Of a DNA stretch of 64,000 nucleotides, positions 34,082 to 45,440 are shown one piece after another. Where the stretch lies: the NCBI GenBank assembly GCA_963821905.1, contig CAWGFP010000009.1, positions 454,868 to 518,867 on the forward strand, in the 5' to 3' direction. The notes under the pieces are model-generated. The model was given only the letters and a program-made list of their open reading frames with translations, had not been told where the DNA came from and ran no database searches. Source of the DNA: Thermoanaerobaculia bacterium. Its GTDB lineage: Bacteria > Acidobacteriota > Thermoanaerobaculia > Multivoradales > JAGPDF01. How positions within the stretch are numbered: position 1 is the stretch's first letter; the number at the start of each line of letters is the position of its first letter. A program made the position numbers and the translations under genes.

Positions 34082-35854
34082 CTAAGCGCCGAGAACCGCC
34101 GGTGGATCGGCGAGGTTCTCGGGATCCTTGACGGTGAGGACCTTGTAGAAGCACCAGCCGGTGAGGCCCCAGACGAAGGCCAGCGAGACGAGAGGAAGAT
34201 CCAGCCGAGCGTGCGTCATGGCGGCTCTCCTTCGTCCGTCGAGCGGCTTGCTGGCCGTCGATGTCGAGGCCCGGCGCGCGCCAGCGCTTCTCGCCGATGC
34301 GCAGTGCAGACGATCGAGCATGACCAGCGTCGACGCCGATCAAGCAGCATCGCGCCCTGCTGCAGCGGCTCGTCGGCCACCGCCTGCACCCAGCCGCCCA
34401 GGTTGTTGCCAGCAGAAGCAGACGAACACGACCAGCAGGTAGAGCGGCGCGACGTACTTCATGATGAACTTGTAGAAGCCCGGGATGCGGATGCTGCGCG
34501 CCCTGCGTGCGCCTCCTGCCAGCCGCGCTCGATGCCGAAGACCCAGCTGAAGCAGATGATCTGCACGCATGGCGAGGACGAAGATCAGGAACGTGCCGAC
34601 CCAGTCGTCGATGGTCGCTCCAGAAGATGCCGTCCTTGCTGTAGTACATGACCAGGAACGAGCCGATGACGCAGATCGCGACCATCAGCGTGGTCGCGCT
34701 GCTTGCGCGCCCAGCCGAGCGCCTCCTGGAAGAACGCCAGCGCCGGCTGGTACATCGAGATCGAGCTGGTGATCGCGGCCAGGAACAGCATGAAGAACCA
34801 GATCGCGCCGATGAAGTTGCCGAACGCGCCCATGTGCGCGAACACGACCGGCAGCGTGGTGAAGCCGAGGCCGAAGGTGCCGCCCTGCACGGCCGCCGTC
34901 GTGCCCGACAGGCCGAGGAACACGAACGCGGCCGTGAGCGTGATCAGGCCGCCGAAGCCGACCTCGAAGAGCTCGTTGGTCGCCGAGGCGGTGAGGCCCG
35001 GAGAGCACGACGTCGTCCTTCTGCTTCAGGTAGGAGGCGTAGTTGATGATCACGCCGAAGCCGACCGACAGGCTGAAGAAGATCTGCCCGGCGGCGGCGA
35101 GCCAGGTCTGCGGCGTTGCCGCAGCGCCTCGAAGTCCGGGTTCCACATGTAGCCGAGGCCGTTGATCACGTTCTGCTCGGGCATGGCTCGGGTCCGGCGT
35201 GCCGAGCGTCAGCACGCGGACGAGCACGATCAGCGCGCAGACGGCCATCGCCGGCATCGCCCAGCGAGCAGAACTTCTCGATGCCCTTGGAGATGCCGCG
35301 GTAGACGAGCCAGATGTTCACCGCGAAGGTGATGCACCCAGAAGACCAGCGTCTCGATCGAGCCGCCGGTAGAGCACGCCGTTCTGCGTTGCTGCCGGTG
35401 AAGTCGTCGTAGAAGGCGCTGGCGCGTCGCGGTCTGCTCGGCGATCGGCGCGCGCGGCGTCGACGCCGATGCCGCCGGTCAGGTAGTGCCAGGCGTAGCC
35501 GAGGCACCAGGCCTCGATGAAGACGTAGTAGAAGGAGACCGCGAGCGGGATCAGGACGCCGATGACGCCGAGGTAGCGCGCGACCGCGCCCTTGCCGATG
35601 ACGCCCATGATCGCCGGGCGCCGAGTGGAAGCCCTTGCGGCCGCCGTAGCGGCCCATCGTCCACTCGGCCCAGCCGATCGGGATGCCGAGGAAGAGCAGG
35701 GCGCAGAAGTACGGGATCATGAAGGCGCCGCCGCCGTTCTGCGGCCGCCTGGCCCGGGAAGCGCAGGAAGTTGCCGAGGCCGACCGCGGAGCCGGCGACG
35801 GCCAGGATCACGCCCAGCCGGCTGCCCCATTCCTCTTTGTGCGATGGTCGCCAT
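34082..35854 (-). pseudogene. sodium-dependent transporter, NSS/SNF family, at least 7 frameshifts
   Basis: AGGAG RBS and ATG at 35852-35854. Fragments include [77 protein letters not shown] and FYKFIMKYVAPLYLLVVF. Confidence 0.75.
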
Positions 35855-35897
35855 CTCGAGGCTCCTGATCTGCTGCGTCGTGACAGAACGGGCGGAG

Positions 35898-37500
35898 CTA
35901 GCCAGCGCTCCGCTCAAAGTGCTGTGACAGCGATGGACTACGCCTGCAGCTTACCTGTCCTCGCAGCTCGTTGCCGAGCACGCTGTGGTGGCGGCCGTAG
36001 AGGAAGTAGATCACCAGCCCGAGCGCCAGCCAGCCGAACAGCCGGCACCAGTTGTCGGCCGGCAGCGAGAGCATCAGCAGCAGGCAGCAGAGCGATGCCC
36101 AGGATCGGGACGACGCGGCACCAGCGGGCAGCGGAACGGGCCGGTGGCGCGTCGGGGTTGCGTCCGCCGCATGATCAGCACCGCGGCGCAGACGATGACG
36201 AAGGCGAACAGCGTGCCGATGTTGGTCAGGTCGCAGCAGCGCGTCGATCGGCAGGAAGCCCGGCCAGCGACGGCGACGAAGACGCCGATGAGGATCGTGC
36301 TCTTCCAGGGCGTGCGGAACGTCGGGTGGACGTCGCCGAAGAACGCCTTGGGCACCAGGCCGTCGCGGGCCATCGCCAGGAACACGCGCGGGCCGACAGC
36401 ATCATGACCAGCAGCACCGAGGTGATGCCGGCCACGCCGGCCGACGGCGATGATGACCTCGGCCCAGCCGAGCCCGACCTGCTTGAAGGCGTCGGAGACG
36501 CCGGCGTTCGATGTCGATCTGGTCGTACGGCACCATGCCGGTCAGCACGGCGACGACCGCGATGTAGAGGACGGTGCAGATGAGCAGCGAGGCGATGATG
36601 CCGATCGGCACGTCGCGCTGCGGGTTCTTGGCCTCCTCGGCGTGGGTCGAGACCGAGTCGAAGCCGATGTAGGCGAAGAAGATGATCGCCGCCCCGGCGA
36701 GCATGCCGAGCGGGTTGCCGCCGGCGTCGGTCTGCCCGGCGACGTGGTTGCCGAAGAAGCTGATGCCCGGTCCAGCCGTAGGGCGCGAACGGCTCCCAGT
36801 TGGCCGGGTTGACGTAGAAGGCGCCGACGCACGATCACGAACAGCACCGCCGCCACCTTGATCACCACCATCACGGCGTTGAAGCCGGCGCTCTCCTGAT
36901 CCCCTTGACCAGGACGACGGTGACGATGGCCACGATGATGACCGCCGGCAGGTTGATGAACGAGCCGGTCGCGACGAAGTCGCCCGTGCGCCGCGTCGTA
37001 GCGATCAGGGCGAGCTCGCGCAAGGTCGTCGGGCAGGTCGATGCCGATCTTCGCCAGGACGCTCTGGAAGTAGCCCGACCAGCCGTTGGCCACGGTCGCC
37101 GCGCCGACGGCGTACTCGAGGACCAGGTCCCAGCCGATGATCCAGGCGAACAGCTCGCCCAGGGTGGCGTAGGCGTAGGTGTAGGCGCGAGCCGGCGACC
37201 GGCGCCATCGAGGCGAACTCGGCGTAGCAGAGCGCGGCGAAGATGCAGGTGATGCCGGCGACGACGTAGGAGAGCATCAGCGCCGGGCCGGCGACGTTGT
37301 GGGCCGCCGCGCCGGTCGCGACGAAGATGCCGGCGCCGATGATCGCGCCGACGCCCAGGGCGGTGAGCTGGACCGGCCCGAGGACGCGGCGCAGCCGGTT
37401 CTCGCCCTTCATCTCCTCGAGCGAGCAGCTCGAGCGGCTTCCTGGCGAACAACTGATTCGCCATGAATCGTCTAGCCTCCATGAGGTCGAGATCGGTCAT
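35898..37500 (-). pseudogene. APC-superfamily amino acid permease (cationic-amino-acid-transporter-like), frameshifted
   Basis: Fragments include LRRVLGPVQLTALGVGAIIGAGIFVATG...CYAEFASMAPVAGS, NGWSGYFQSVLAKIG and GLVPKAFFGDVHPTFRTPW. The C-terminal GRHHSVLGNE tail ends at the TAG at 35898. Confidence 0.7.
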
Positions 37501-39057
37501 GCGTCTCGCCGGGCCGGGGCCGGCGAACCGCGTGCGCCAGAGGAAATACACAGGGATGCCGGTCAGCACGATGAGCAGCCCCGGCCAGGTCGTCGACGTC
37601 TTGTAGACGAGCAGCACGAGCAGGATGGCGCGTCGCGGCCAGGATGTAGAGCGCCGGCACCACCGGGTAGCCGAAGGCCCGGTAGGGCCGCTCGGCGTCC
37701 GGCCGCTTGCGCCGCAGCACGAAGAGGCCGGCGATCGTCAGGACGTAGAAGATCAGCACCGCGAAGACGACGTAGTCGAGCAGGTTGCCGTAGAGGTTGC
37801 CGTAGCGTGGCCTCGCCGGCCGCGTCGAGCAGGCGCTCCGACGCGTCGCACGGGTGCGCGGCAGCACCAGGAGCAGGCCCACACGCACTGCAGGACAGCC
37901 CGACGGCCGGCACGTGGCGCTCGTTGAGCCGCCCGGTGCGAGCGGAAGAACAGGCCGTCGCTGCGCCATCGCGTAGTAGACGCGGGCGCCGGCCAGGATC
38001 AGGCCGTTGTTGCAGCCGAAGGTCGAGATGATGATGGCGACCGCCATGATCGTCGCGCCGGCCGGCCCGAAGATCACCTGGAGAGCCGCGGTGGCGACCC
38101 GGTCGTCGGGCGCGGTCTGGATCGCTTCGCAGCGGCAGCGTGCAGAGATAGGCGACGTTGGCCAGGAGGTAGAGGCCGATCACCAGCAGCGTGCCGAGCG
38201 CGAGCGAGAGCGGGACGTTGCGCCGCGGGTTCTTCACCTCGCCGGCGGTGAAGGTGATGTTGTTCCAGGCGTCGGACGAGAAGAGCGAGCCCACCTGGGC
38301 GACGCAGAAGGCGACGAACAGGCCGACAGGCCCGGCGGTCGCCGCGACCGCCGGCGACCAGGCCGAGATCCGGGCCGGATCGGCGCCGCGTCGCGCGGCG
38401 TCCAGAAATCGCCGAAGTTGGCGGCGATGGCGTCGGCGTTGCGGCCGACGAGGATGCCGAGCACGATCAGGGCGAGGAGCGACAGGGTCTTGGCCGAGGT
38501 GAAGATGTTCTGGATCAGCTTGCCGAGCTGGATGCCGCGGGTGTTGAGCCAGGTGAGGAAGACGATCAGCAGGATGCCGACGAGCTGCTGCGTCGAGAGG
38601 CTGAATGGCGTAGCTCGTCGGAAAGGTCGATCGGCGGGATGATCCAGGCCGGTCGGCGAGATCGCGGGCACCAGCACGCCCAGGAAGCGCGCGAAGCCGA
38701 CGGCCACGGCGGCGATGGTGCCCGGTCTGGATGACCAGGAACAGCGTCCAGCCGTAGAGGAAGCCCCAGAGCGGCGAGTAGGCCTCGCGCAGGTAGACGT
38801 ACTGTCCGCCGGCCTGCGGCATCATCGCCGCCAGCTCGCCGTAGGAGAGGGCGGCGGCGACGGTGAGCAGGCCCGGTGACCACCCAGACCATGAGCAGCC
38901 AGCCGGCGGAGCCCACCTGGCGCGCGATGTCGGCCGAGACGATGAAGATGCCCGAGCCGATCATCGACCCGGCGACGATCATGGTCGAGTCGAGCAGCCC
39001 GAGCTCGCGAGCGAACTCGCGCTGCGGCTGCTCAGGGACTAGAGCCGGTTGGGCCAT
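37472..39057 (-). pseudogene. APC-superfamily amino acid permease, second paralog, frameshifted; 3' end uncertain
   Basis: N-terminus MAQPALVPEQPQREFARELGLLDSTMIVAGSMIGSGIFIV. Other fragments are MMPQAGGQYVYLREAYSPLWGFLYGWTLFLVIQTG, IFGPAGATIMAVAIIISTFGCNNGLILAG and LVYKTSTTWPGLLIVLTGIPVYFLW. Confidence 0.65.
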
Positions 39058-39111
39058 GATCCTCCCCGCTGGAAACTTGGTGAAAGCCGGGCGCAGTCTA
39101 TCCGCAGCCGG

Positions 39112-39788
39112 TCAGGCCTGGGAAGCCTTGGACGCCCGGCGCTTGTGGCGCTCGCGCAGGATCTCGATCACCGCCGGCAGCAGCGAAATGCCGATGATCG
39201 CGAAGATGACCAGCGAGAAGTTGTCCTGCACGAAGGGCAGGTTGCCGAAGAAGTAGCCGCCGAGCGTGCAGATCACCACCCAGCCAACCCCGCCCACCAC
39301 GTTGTAGGTCATGAACTGGCGGTAGCTCATCTCGCCGACCCCGGCGACGAACGGCGCGAAGGTGCGCACGATGGGCACGAAGCGCGCGATGATGATCGTC
39401 TTGCGCGCCGTACTTCTCGTAGAAAGCGTGGGTCTTGTCGAGGTGCTCCTTCTTGACCAGCGGCAGCTTGCCCTTGTCCGCCAGCCGGTGGCGCAAGGCG
39501 GCGCCGATCCAGTAGTTGGCGGTGTCGCCCAGGATGGCCGCCGCCGTGAGCAGCAGAATCAGCCATTCCAAACGCAGGGCGCCAGTGGCGGCGAAGGCGC
39601 CGGCAGCGAAGAGCAGCGAGTCGCCGGGCAGGAACGGGGTCACCACCAGCCCGGTCTCGCAGAAGACGATCAGCGATCAGGATGCCGTAGGTCCACCCGC
39701 CGTAGTTGGCGATGATCTCGCGCAGGTGGGTGTCGAGATGGAGGACGAAGTCGATGAGCTGGCGGAGGAGTTCCATGCGGGGCGGCAA
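39112..39788 (-). pseudogene. DedA/VTT-family membrane protein, 2 frameshifts
   Basis: Three frames contain [35 protein letters not shown]..., ...[21 protein letters not shown]...[11 protein letters not shown]... and ...[37 protein letters not shown].... Confidence 0.7.
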
Positions 39789-39958
39789 TGTAGCACGGCC
39801 AAGCGGTGGACTTGCGGCCGCCGGGGTCGAGGGTCCACAATCCGCGCAGTGCCCGATTCACACTCGGTTCCAGGACCGGTCTCCGGCGAGATCACGGCCC
39901 TCTTGTCGGCGGCGCGCGGCGGCGACCGCGCTTCCGAGGAGCGGCTGCTCGCTCTGGT

Positions 39959-40765
39959 CTACGACGACCTCAAGCGCCGGAACGCGGCGATCGCGGCCAC
40001 TGAGAAAGCCAGCGTCGAAAGTAGGTAGGGTGGCCACGTCGGCCCGAACGGCAGGGGGATCACCCCGTACTGCACCGGCAGGATACAGAAGTCCCCCGCC
40101 GCGTGGAGCACGACGCTGGGCAGGATCGAGCGCGTCAGGTAGACGAGCGCGGCGTGCAAGAGGCTGTAGGCGGCGAAGAAGGGGACGAAGGCCAGCGTGG
40201 CGTAGGCGTGGCTGCGATGGACCAGATAAAAGAGCGCGCTGGTCAGAGCGATGGCCAGCACCCATCCGTGATGACGCTGGATCTGCGACAGCATGTAGCC
40301 GCGAAACGCCGCCTCTTCGACGACTGCGGCAGTCGCGGCGAGGGAGAGAAAAAACGCCAGCACGGTCCACCACGGCAGCGTCGAGAGATCGAACGGCGCC
40401 TCATACGCCTCGGCCGGCAGCGCTGCTACGCGCCCGGTGAAGAGGGCCAGACTCAGGACTCCGATCATGCCCAGGCCACCCGCGAGGAGGGCGCAGCGCC
40501 AGACCTCACCCGGCAGCGCCGCGGCGCGTAGATCCTGCCGCCGGCTCTCGGAGGTGCCTCGCGGCGGCCAGCGGCCGTTGAGGTAGCTCCAGAAGAACCA
40601 CAGCCAGGCCGCGGTCACGAGAGGGAACCAGGGCCAGCGAGGCTGCCACTTCAAGTTCGCCACCAGAGCGAGCGAAGGGGGCAGCTGGCCGATGACGAGC
40701 AGGACGAACGCGAGGACCGTTGCCCGCACCACGACTGGGAGCCAGAGCCAGGCGCGGCGCAGCAT
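39959..40765 (-). CDS. CPBP-family intramembrane glutamic endopeptidase (CAAX protease-like)
   Basis: Motifs EEAAFRGY (EExxxR), FYLVHRSH (FxxxH) and LHAAGDF (HxxxD). Start at MLRRAWLWLPVV. The upstream part of the 349-aa track ORF is rejected. A one-base ambiguity in my position counting here means the coordinates may be off by 1. Confidence 0.65.
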   Translation of the reverse strand: MLRRAWLWLPVVVRATVLAFVLLVIGQLPPSLALVANLKWQPRWPWFPLVTAAWLWFFWSYLNGRWPPRGTSESRRQDLRAAALPGEVWRCALLAGGLGMIGVLSLALFTGRVAALPAEAYEAPFDLSTLPWWTVLAFFLSLAATAAVVEEAAFRGYMLSQIQRHHGWVLAIALTSALFYLVHRSHAYATLAFVPFFAAYSLLHAALVYLTRSILPSVVLHAAGDFCILPVQYGVIPLPFGPTWPPYLLSTLAFSVAAIAAFRRLRSS

Positions 40766-40773
40766 GGGATTCC

Positions 40774-41607
40774 CTAGACGATTCTCTCCGCCGGCCCGAA
40801 AACGTTCATGCCGTCGGGCCGCACGAAGGTGGCGAGGGTCACGCCGTAGCGCTCCGCGAGCTCGACCGCGAGCGAGCTCGCCGCGCCCACCGAAGCGATG
40901 ATCGGTATGCCAGCCATGATCCCTTTCTGCGAGATCTCGTAGCCCAGGCGGCCTGAGACCACCAACAACGCGTCGGCGAGAGGCAATCGTCCCTCCCGCA
41001 ACGCCCAACCCACGACCTTGTCGACCGCGTTGTGGCGCCCGATGTCCTCGCGCGCGCAGAGCAGCTCGCCTGCGGTGGTGAAGAGTCCGGCGCCGTGCAG
41101 GCCGCCCGTACGGTCGAAGACCGGCTGCGCGGCGCGCAGGCGCTCGGGGAGCCGGGAGAGAACGTCCCGCTCGACGCGCAGCGGAGAGTCGATGGTCGGG
41201 GCTTCCATCTCGAGCTCGCCGAGCGAGCGCTTGCCACAGACTCCGCAGGCCGAGACCGAGAAGAACAGCCGCTCGGACGGCGCCCGCCGCGCGCCCTGCG
41301 CGAGCTCGACCGCGATCACGTTGCCGCGCTCCTGGTCGGAGAGAAACGGCGGGCGGTTGATCGACTTGATATCCCGCGCGCCGTCGATGATCCCCTCGTC
41401 GAAGAGGAACCCGGCCACCAGCTCCTCGTCGTCGCCCGGAGTGCGCATGACGACGGTGATCGGCTTGGTGCCGAGGCGGATCTCGAGCGGCGCCTCGACC
41501 GCTAACTGGTCGCGCTCAGCGTGCGCTTCGCCGGAGCGCCAGCGGCGCACGTCGACCTCGGTCGTCGGGCTCGCGGAGGGCGTGGAAACAGGGCTTTCGG
41601 CCATCAT
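40774..41607 (-). CDS. fdhD: formate dehydrogenase accessory sulfurtransferase FdhD
   Basis: Intact 277 aa with typical FdhD motifs (SACGVCGK, GGLHGAGLF, IGRHNAVDKVVG). Divergent from the FDH structural genes. Confidence 0.85.
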   Translation of the reverse strand: MMAESPVSTPSASPTTEVDVRRWRSGEAHAERDQLAVEAPLEIRLGTKPITVVMRTPGDDEELVAGFLFDEGIIDGARDIKSINRPPFLSDQERGNVIAVELAQGARRAPSERLFFSVSACGVCGKRSLGELEMEAPTIDSPLRVERDVLSRLPERLRAAQPVFDRTGGLHGAGLFTTAGELLCAREDIGRHNAVDKVVGWALREGRLPLADALLVVSGRLGYEISQKGIMAGIPIIASVGAASSLAVELAERYGVTLATFVRPDGMNVFGPAERIV

Positions 41608-41628
41608 CGCTATGTTAGCCTAGCCACC

Positions 41629-43560
41629 ATGGACCGACTCGAGCGTCTGACGGCGCCTTGGGTCCGCGATTCCAAGGGCGCTCCTCTGCGCCAGGCGTCG
41701 TGGGACGAGGCGCTGGACCGTGCGGCGTCGGGGCTGCGGGCGACCGTCGATCGCCACGGCCCGACCGCCTTCGGTCTCTTCAGTTGTTCGAAGGCCACCA
41801 ACGAGATGAACTTCGTCGCCCAGAAGTTCGCTCGCGTCGCGGTGGGCTCGAACAACATCGACAGCTGCAACCGCACTTGACACGCCCCGAGCGTCGCCGG
41901 TCTGGCGACGGTCTTCGGAGCGGGCGGTGGAACGTCCTCCTATCGCGAGGTCGAGGAGACCGACTGCATTCTGCTCTGGGGATCGAACGCCCGCGAGGCG
42001 CACCCGATCTTCTTCCATCACCTGTTGAAGGGCCTGCGCCGCGGCGCCAAGCTGATCTCGATCGACCCGCGGCGCACCACTTCGGCCTCCTGGGCGGACG
42101 TCTGGGCGGGGCTCGACGTCGGCACCGACATCGCGCTTTCCAACGCCGTTGCCAGGGAGATCCTGGCCCAGGGGCTCGAGCACCGCGAGTTCATCGAGAA
42201 CGCCACCAGCGGTTTCGAGGAGTACAAAGCGTCGGTCGAAGAGTGGACGCTCGAACGCGGCGCCGCGGAGACCGGCGTGCCAGCGGAGGTGATCCGCGAG
42301 ATCGCCGTCTCCTACGCCAAGGCGCCGCGCGCCATCCTCTGCTGGACGCTGGGCATCACCGAGCACCACAACGCGGTCGACAACGTGCTCTCGCTGATCA
42401 ATCTTGCCCTCCTGTGCGGGCACGTCGGGCACTACGGCTCGGGAATCAACCCGCTGCGCGGCCAGAACAACGTCCAGGGCGGCGGCGACATGGGCGCGCT
42501 GCCCGACCGCCTGCCGGGATTCCAGCACGTCGAGAACGAGCCGCTGCGCGAGAAGTTCGAGGAGAAGTGGGGCGTCGCCGTGCCGCCGAAGCGCGGCTGG
42601 CACCTCACCGGCATGTTCGAAGCCATGGACCACGGCGAGCTGCGTGCGCTCTATGTCATCGGTGAGAACCCGATGCGCTCCGAAGCCGACCAGCACCGCA
42701 CCCGCCGCCTGCTCGAGGGTCTGGATCTGCTGATCGTGCAGGACATTTTCATGACCGCCACCGCCGAGGCGGCCGACGTGGTCTTCCCGGCCTCGGCGAG
42801 CTGGTGCGAGAGCGAGGGTACGGTGACCTCGAGCGAGCGCCGCGTGCAGCGGGTGCGCAAGGCGTTGCAGCCGCCCGGTGAGGCGCGCGACGACATCGCG
42901 ATCATCTACGAGCTGGCGAAGCGGATGGGCAAGGACTGGGGCGAACCCTCAGCCGAGGCGGTCTGGAACGAACTGCGCACGCTCTCGCCGGTTCACGCCG
43001 GCATGAGCTACGCGCGGCTGGAGGCGATGTCGGGCATCCAGTGGCCCTGCTACGACGAGAACCATCCCGGCGAGCTCTTCCTGCACAGCCGGCTCTGGGA
43101 AAGGCCGGTGGGCGGCGCGCGGGCGCCCTTCCACGTCGTCGAGCACGACCCGCCGGTGGACAAGCTCGATGCCGACTATCCGCTGCGGCTCACCACCGGC
43201 CGCCGGCTCGAGGACTACAACACCGGCGTTCAGACCGCGGGCTACAAGTCGCCGACGCGACGGGGCGAGACTCTGGACGTCTCTCCCGAAGACGCGGCGC
43301 GCTACGACTTGAGCGAGGGCGAACGCGTCAAGATCCTCTCGCGTCGCGGCGAGGTCGAGGCGCCGGTCCATGTCGACGACAGCCTGCGACCGGGCCTGGT
43401 CTTCATGACTCTCCACTTTCCGGAAGACGTGCCGACCAATCTGCTCACCATCGAAGCGATCGATCCCAAGTCCGGGACCGCCGAGTTCAAGGCGACGGCC
43501 GTGCGGGTCGAGAAGCTCCGGCAAGCGGTCGCCGCCGACCCCGCGGAGGTCCCGGTCTAG
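41629..43560 (+). CDS. fdhA: formate dehydrogenase catalytic (molybdopterin) subunit; selenocysteine-containing, with in-frame TGA at 41878-41880 read as Sec; lacks the N-terminal Fe-S domain
   Basis: ORFs 41521..41880 and 42025..43560 share a frame across the TGA. The context SNNIDSCNRT-U-HAPSVAGL matches the FdhF active site (VDCCARV-U-HGPSVAGL). Molybdopterin-oxidoreductase and C-terminal molybdopterin-dinucleotide-binding motifs follow. The N-terminus aligns to FdhF residue ~60, just after its Fe-S domain. Confidence 0.85.
41892..41910 (+). other. candidate bacterial SECIS hairpin 11 nt downstream of the Sec UGA
   Basis: 7-bp stem CGTCGCC / GGCGACG around loop GGTCT, which contains GGUC as in the E. 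coli fdhF SECIS apical loop. The spacing from UGA matches the bacterial SECIS rule. It overlaps the conserved codons H-A-P-S-V-A-G-L-A-T. Confidence 0.55.
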
Positions 43561-45440
43561 TGGATCTCAAGATCGTCGGCGCGGAGGCGAGCGCCGAGGA
43601 GCGCGCCGCGGTCGACGCCGTGCTCGGCCCGCCGCATTCGGGCTGGCGCGGCGCCGAGCGCGACATGGACCGCGATGGCCGCACCGCGCGCGGCGGACGG
43701 GAGGCGACGGCCCACCGCGACCTCCTCTTGCCGGCTTTTCATGGCGTGCAGGATCGCATCGGCTGGGTGAGTCACGCAGCTCTCAACTACATCTGCGAAC
43801 GGTTGACGGTGCCGCCGGCGGAAGCCTGGGGTGTCCTGACCTTCTACCACTTGTTCGCCACCGCGCCGCAGCCCAAGTCGATGATCCACGTCTGCGACGA
43901 CCTCGCCTGCCGCGAGCGTGGTGGCGAGTCGCTGTGCGCGGCGCTCGAACGCGAGCTCGGGCCGGCGCGCAACGGCGAGCAGGTCGGCTGGCAGCGCAGT
44001 CCCTGCCTCGGGCTCTGTGAGAAGGCGCCGGCGGTGATGATCGTTCGCGCGGCGGCCCGCCGGCAGAGCTTCGACGTCGCGCCGGTGCGCGACTTGGCGC
44101 AGCTCAAGCTGCTCGCGGTGGCCGGAGTCGAGGCGAACGGCCCCGTCCAGCGCCTGGAGGACGTCCGCCGCTCGGTGCCTCAGACCGGGCAACCGGGGCT
44201 GCGGCTGTTGAAGCGCGCCGGCATCGTCGATCCGGAGAGTCTCTCCGCCTACCGTGCCGCCGGCGGCTATGACGCGCTGGCGCGCGCCTTCGAGATCGGC
44301 GCGGCGGCCGTGATCGCCGAAGTCAACGCGTCGAAGCTGGTGGGACGCGGCGGCGCTGCGTTCCCGACCGGGCGCAAGTGGGAAGCGGTGGCGCGGGCGG
44401 CGGCGCAACCGCGCTACCTGGTCTGCAACGCCGACGAGTCCGAGCCCGGGACGTTCAAGGACCGCGTGCTGCTCGAGGGCGACCCTTTCGCAATTGTCGA
44501 GGCGATGACGATCGCCGGCTTCGCCACCGGCTGCGAGCGCGGGTTCATCTACCTGCGCGGTGAGTATCCGCTCGCCCTGTGCCGGCTGGAAAACGCCATC
44601 GCCAAGGCGCGCAAGGCCGGCCTGCTGGGAGAGAATGTTCTCGGCCGCGGTCTGCGTTTCGATCTCGAGATACGCCGCGGCGCCGGCGCCTACATCTGCG
44701 GCGAGGAAACGGCGCTGTTCAATTCCATCGAGGGCAAGCGCGGCGAGCCGCGCTCGAAGCCGCCGTTCCCGGTCGAGATCGGGCTGTTCGGCAAGCCGAC
44801 GGTGGTCAACAACGTCGAAACGCTGGCCAGCGTCCCCGGTATCGTGCTCGAAGGCGGCGCCGCCTACGCCGCGATCGGCACCGCGGGCTCGGCGGGCAGC
44901 AAGCTCTTCTGCCTCTCGGGGAGCGTCAAGCGCCCCGGCGTCTACGAGGTGCCGTTCGGGACCACGCTCGGCGAGCTGCTCGAGCTCTCCGGCGGCGTGC
45001 CCGGCGGGCGAACGATCCAGGCGATCTTGCTCGGCGGGGCCGCCGGCATGTTCGTCGGCCCCGACACGCTCTCCACGCCGCTCACCTTCGAGGGCGCGCG
45101 CGCCGCCGGCGCGACGCTCGGCTCGGGCGTCGTCATGATCTTCGATGACACCGCGGACCTCGGCGGCGCGCTGCTGCGCATCGCCGAGTTCTTCCGCCAC
45201 GAATCGTGCGGTCAGTGCGTGCCGTGCCGGGTCGGCACGGTGCGCCAGGAGGAGCTTCTGCACCGGCTGCGTGCCGGCCGCACGCTGGGCAGCCGCGCGG
45301 ACGAGCTGGCGCTGCTGCGCGAGCTCGGCCAGGCGATGCGCGACGCCTCGATCTGTGGGCTCGGCCAGACCGCCTCCTCGGCGGTCGAGTCGGCGCTGGC
45401 GCGGTTGCCGGTTTTCAACGCGTCCGGAGGACTCGGGTGA
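43560..45440 (+). CDS. fdsB: NAD-dependent formate dehydrogenase beta subunit: NuoE-like [2Fe-2S] domain fused to NuoF-like FMN/NAD-binding [4Fe-4S] domain
   Basis: GTG at 43560 overlaps the fdhA stop (TAGTG). NuoE-type Cys spacing (CDDLACRE...CLGLCEKAP) and NuoF motifs (GRGGAAFPTGRKW, YLVCNADESEPGTFKDR, ESCGQCVPCRVGT) are present. 626 aa, intact. Confidence 0.85.
   Translation: MDLKIVGAEASAEERAAVDAVLGPPHSGWRGAERDMDRDGRTARGGREATAHRDLLLPAFHGVQDRIGWVSHAALNYICERLTVPPAEAWGVLTFYHLFATAPQPKSMIHVCDDLACRERGGESLCAALERELGPARNGEQVGWQRSPCLGLCEKAPAVMIVRAAARRQSFDVAPVRDLAQLKLLAVAGVEANGPVQRLEDVRRSVPQTGQPGLRLLKRAGIVDPESLSAYRAAGGYDALARAFEIGAAAVIAEVNASKLVGRGGAAFPTGRKWEAVARAAAQPRYLVCNADESEPGTFKDRVLLEGDPFAIVEAMTIAGFATGCERGFIYLRGEYPLALCRLENAIAKARKAGLLGENVLGRGLRFDLEIRRGAGAYICGEETALFNSIEGKRGEPRSKPPFPVEIGLFGKPTVVNNVETLASVPGIVLEGGAAYAAIGTAGSAGSKLFCLSGSVKRPGVYEVPFGTTLGELLELSGGVPGGRTIQAILLGGAAGMFVGPDTLSTPLTFEGARAAGATLGSGVVMIFDDTADLGGALLRIAEFFRHESCGQCVPCRVGTVRQEELLHRLRAGRTLGSRADELALLRELGQAMRDASICGLGQTASSAVESALARLPVFNASGGLG

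Noticed and set aside
32376-34685. 769-aa ORF as a single large protein
   Set aside because: The N-terminal third is a frame fragment of the NSS transporter and the middle is antisense or out-of-frame low-complexity sequence. Only the C-terminal 355 aa (from ATG 33441-33443) form a coherent gene, with a distinct 203-aa membrane gene overlapping upstream.
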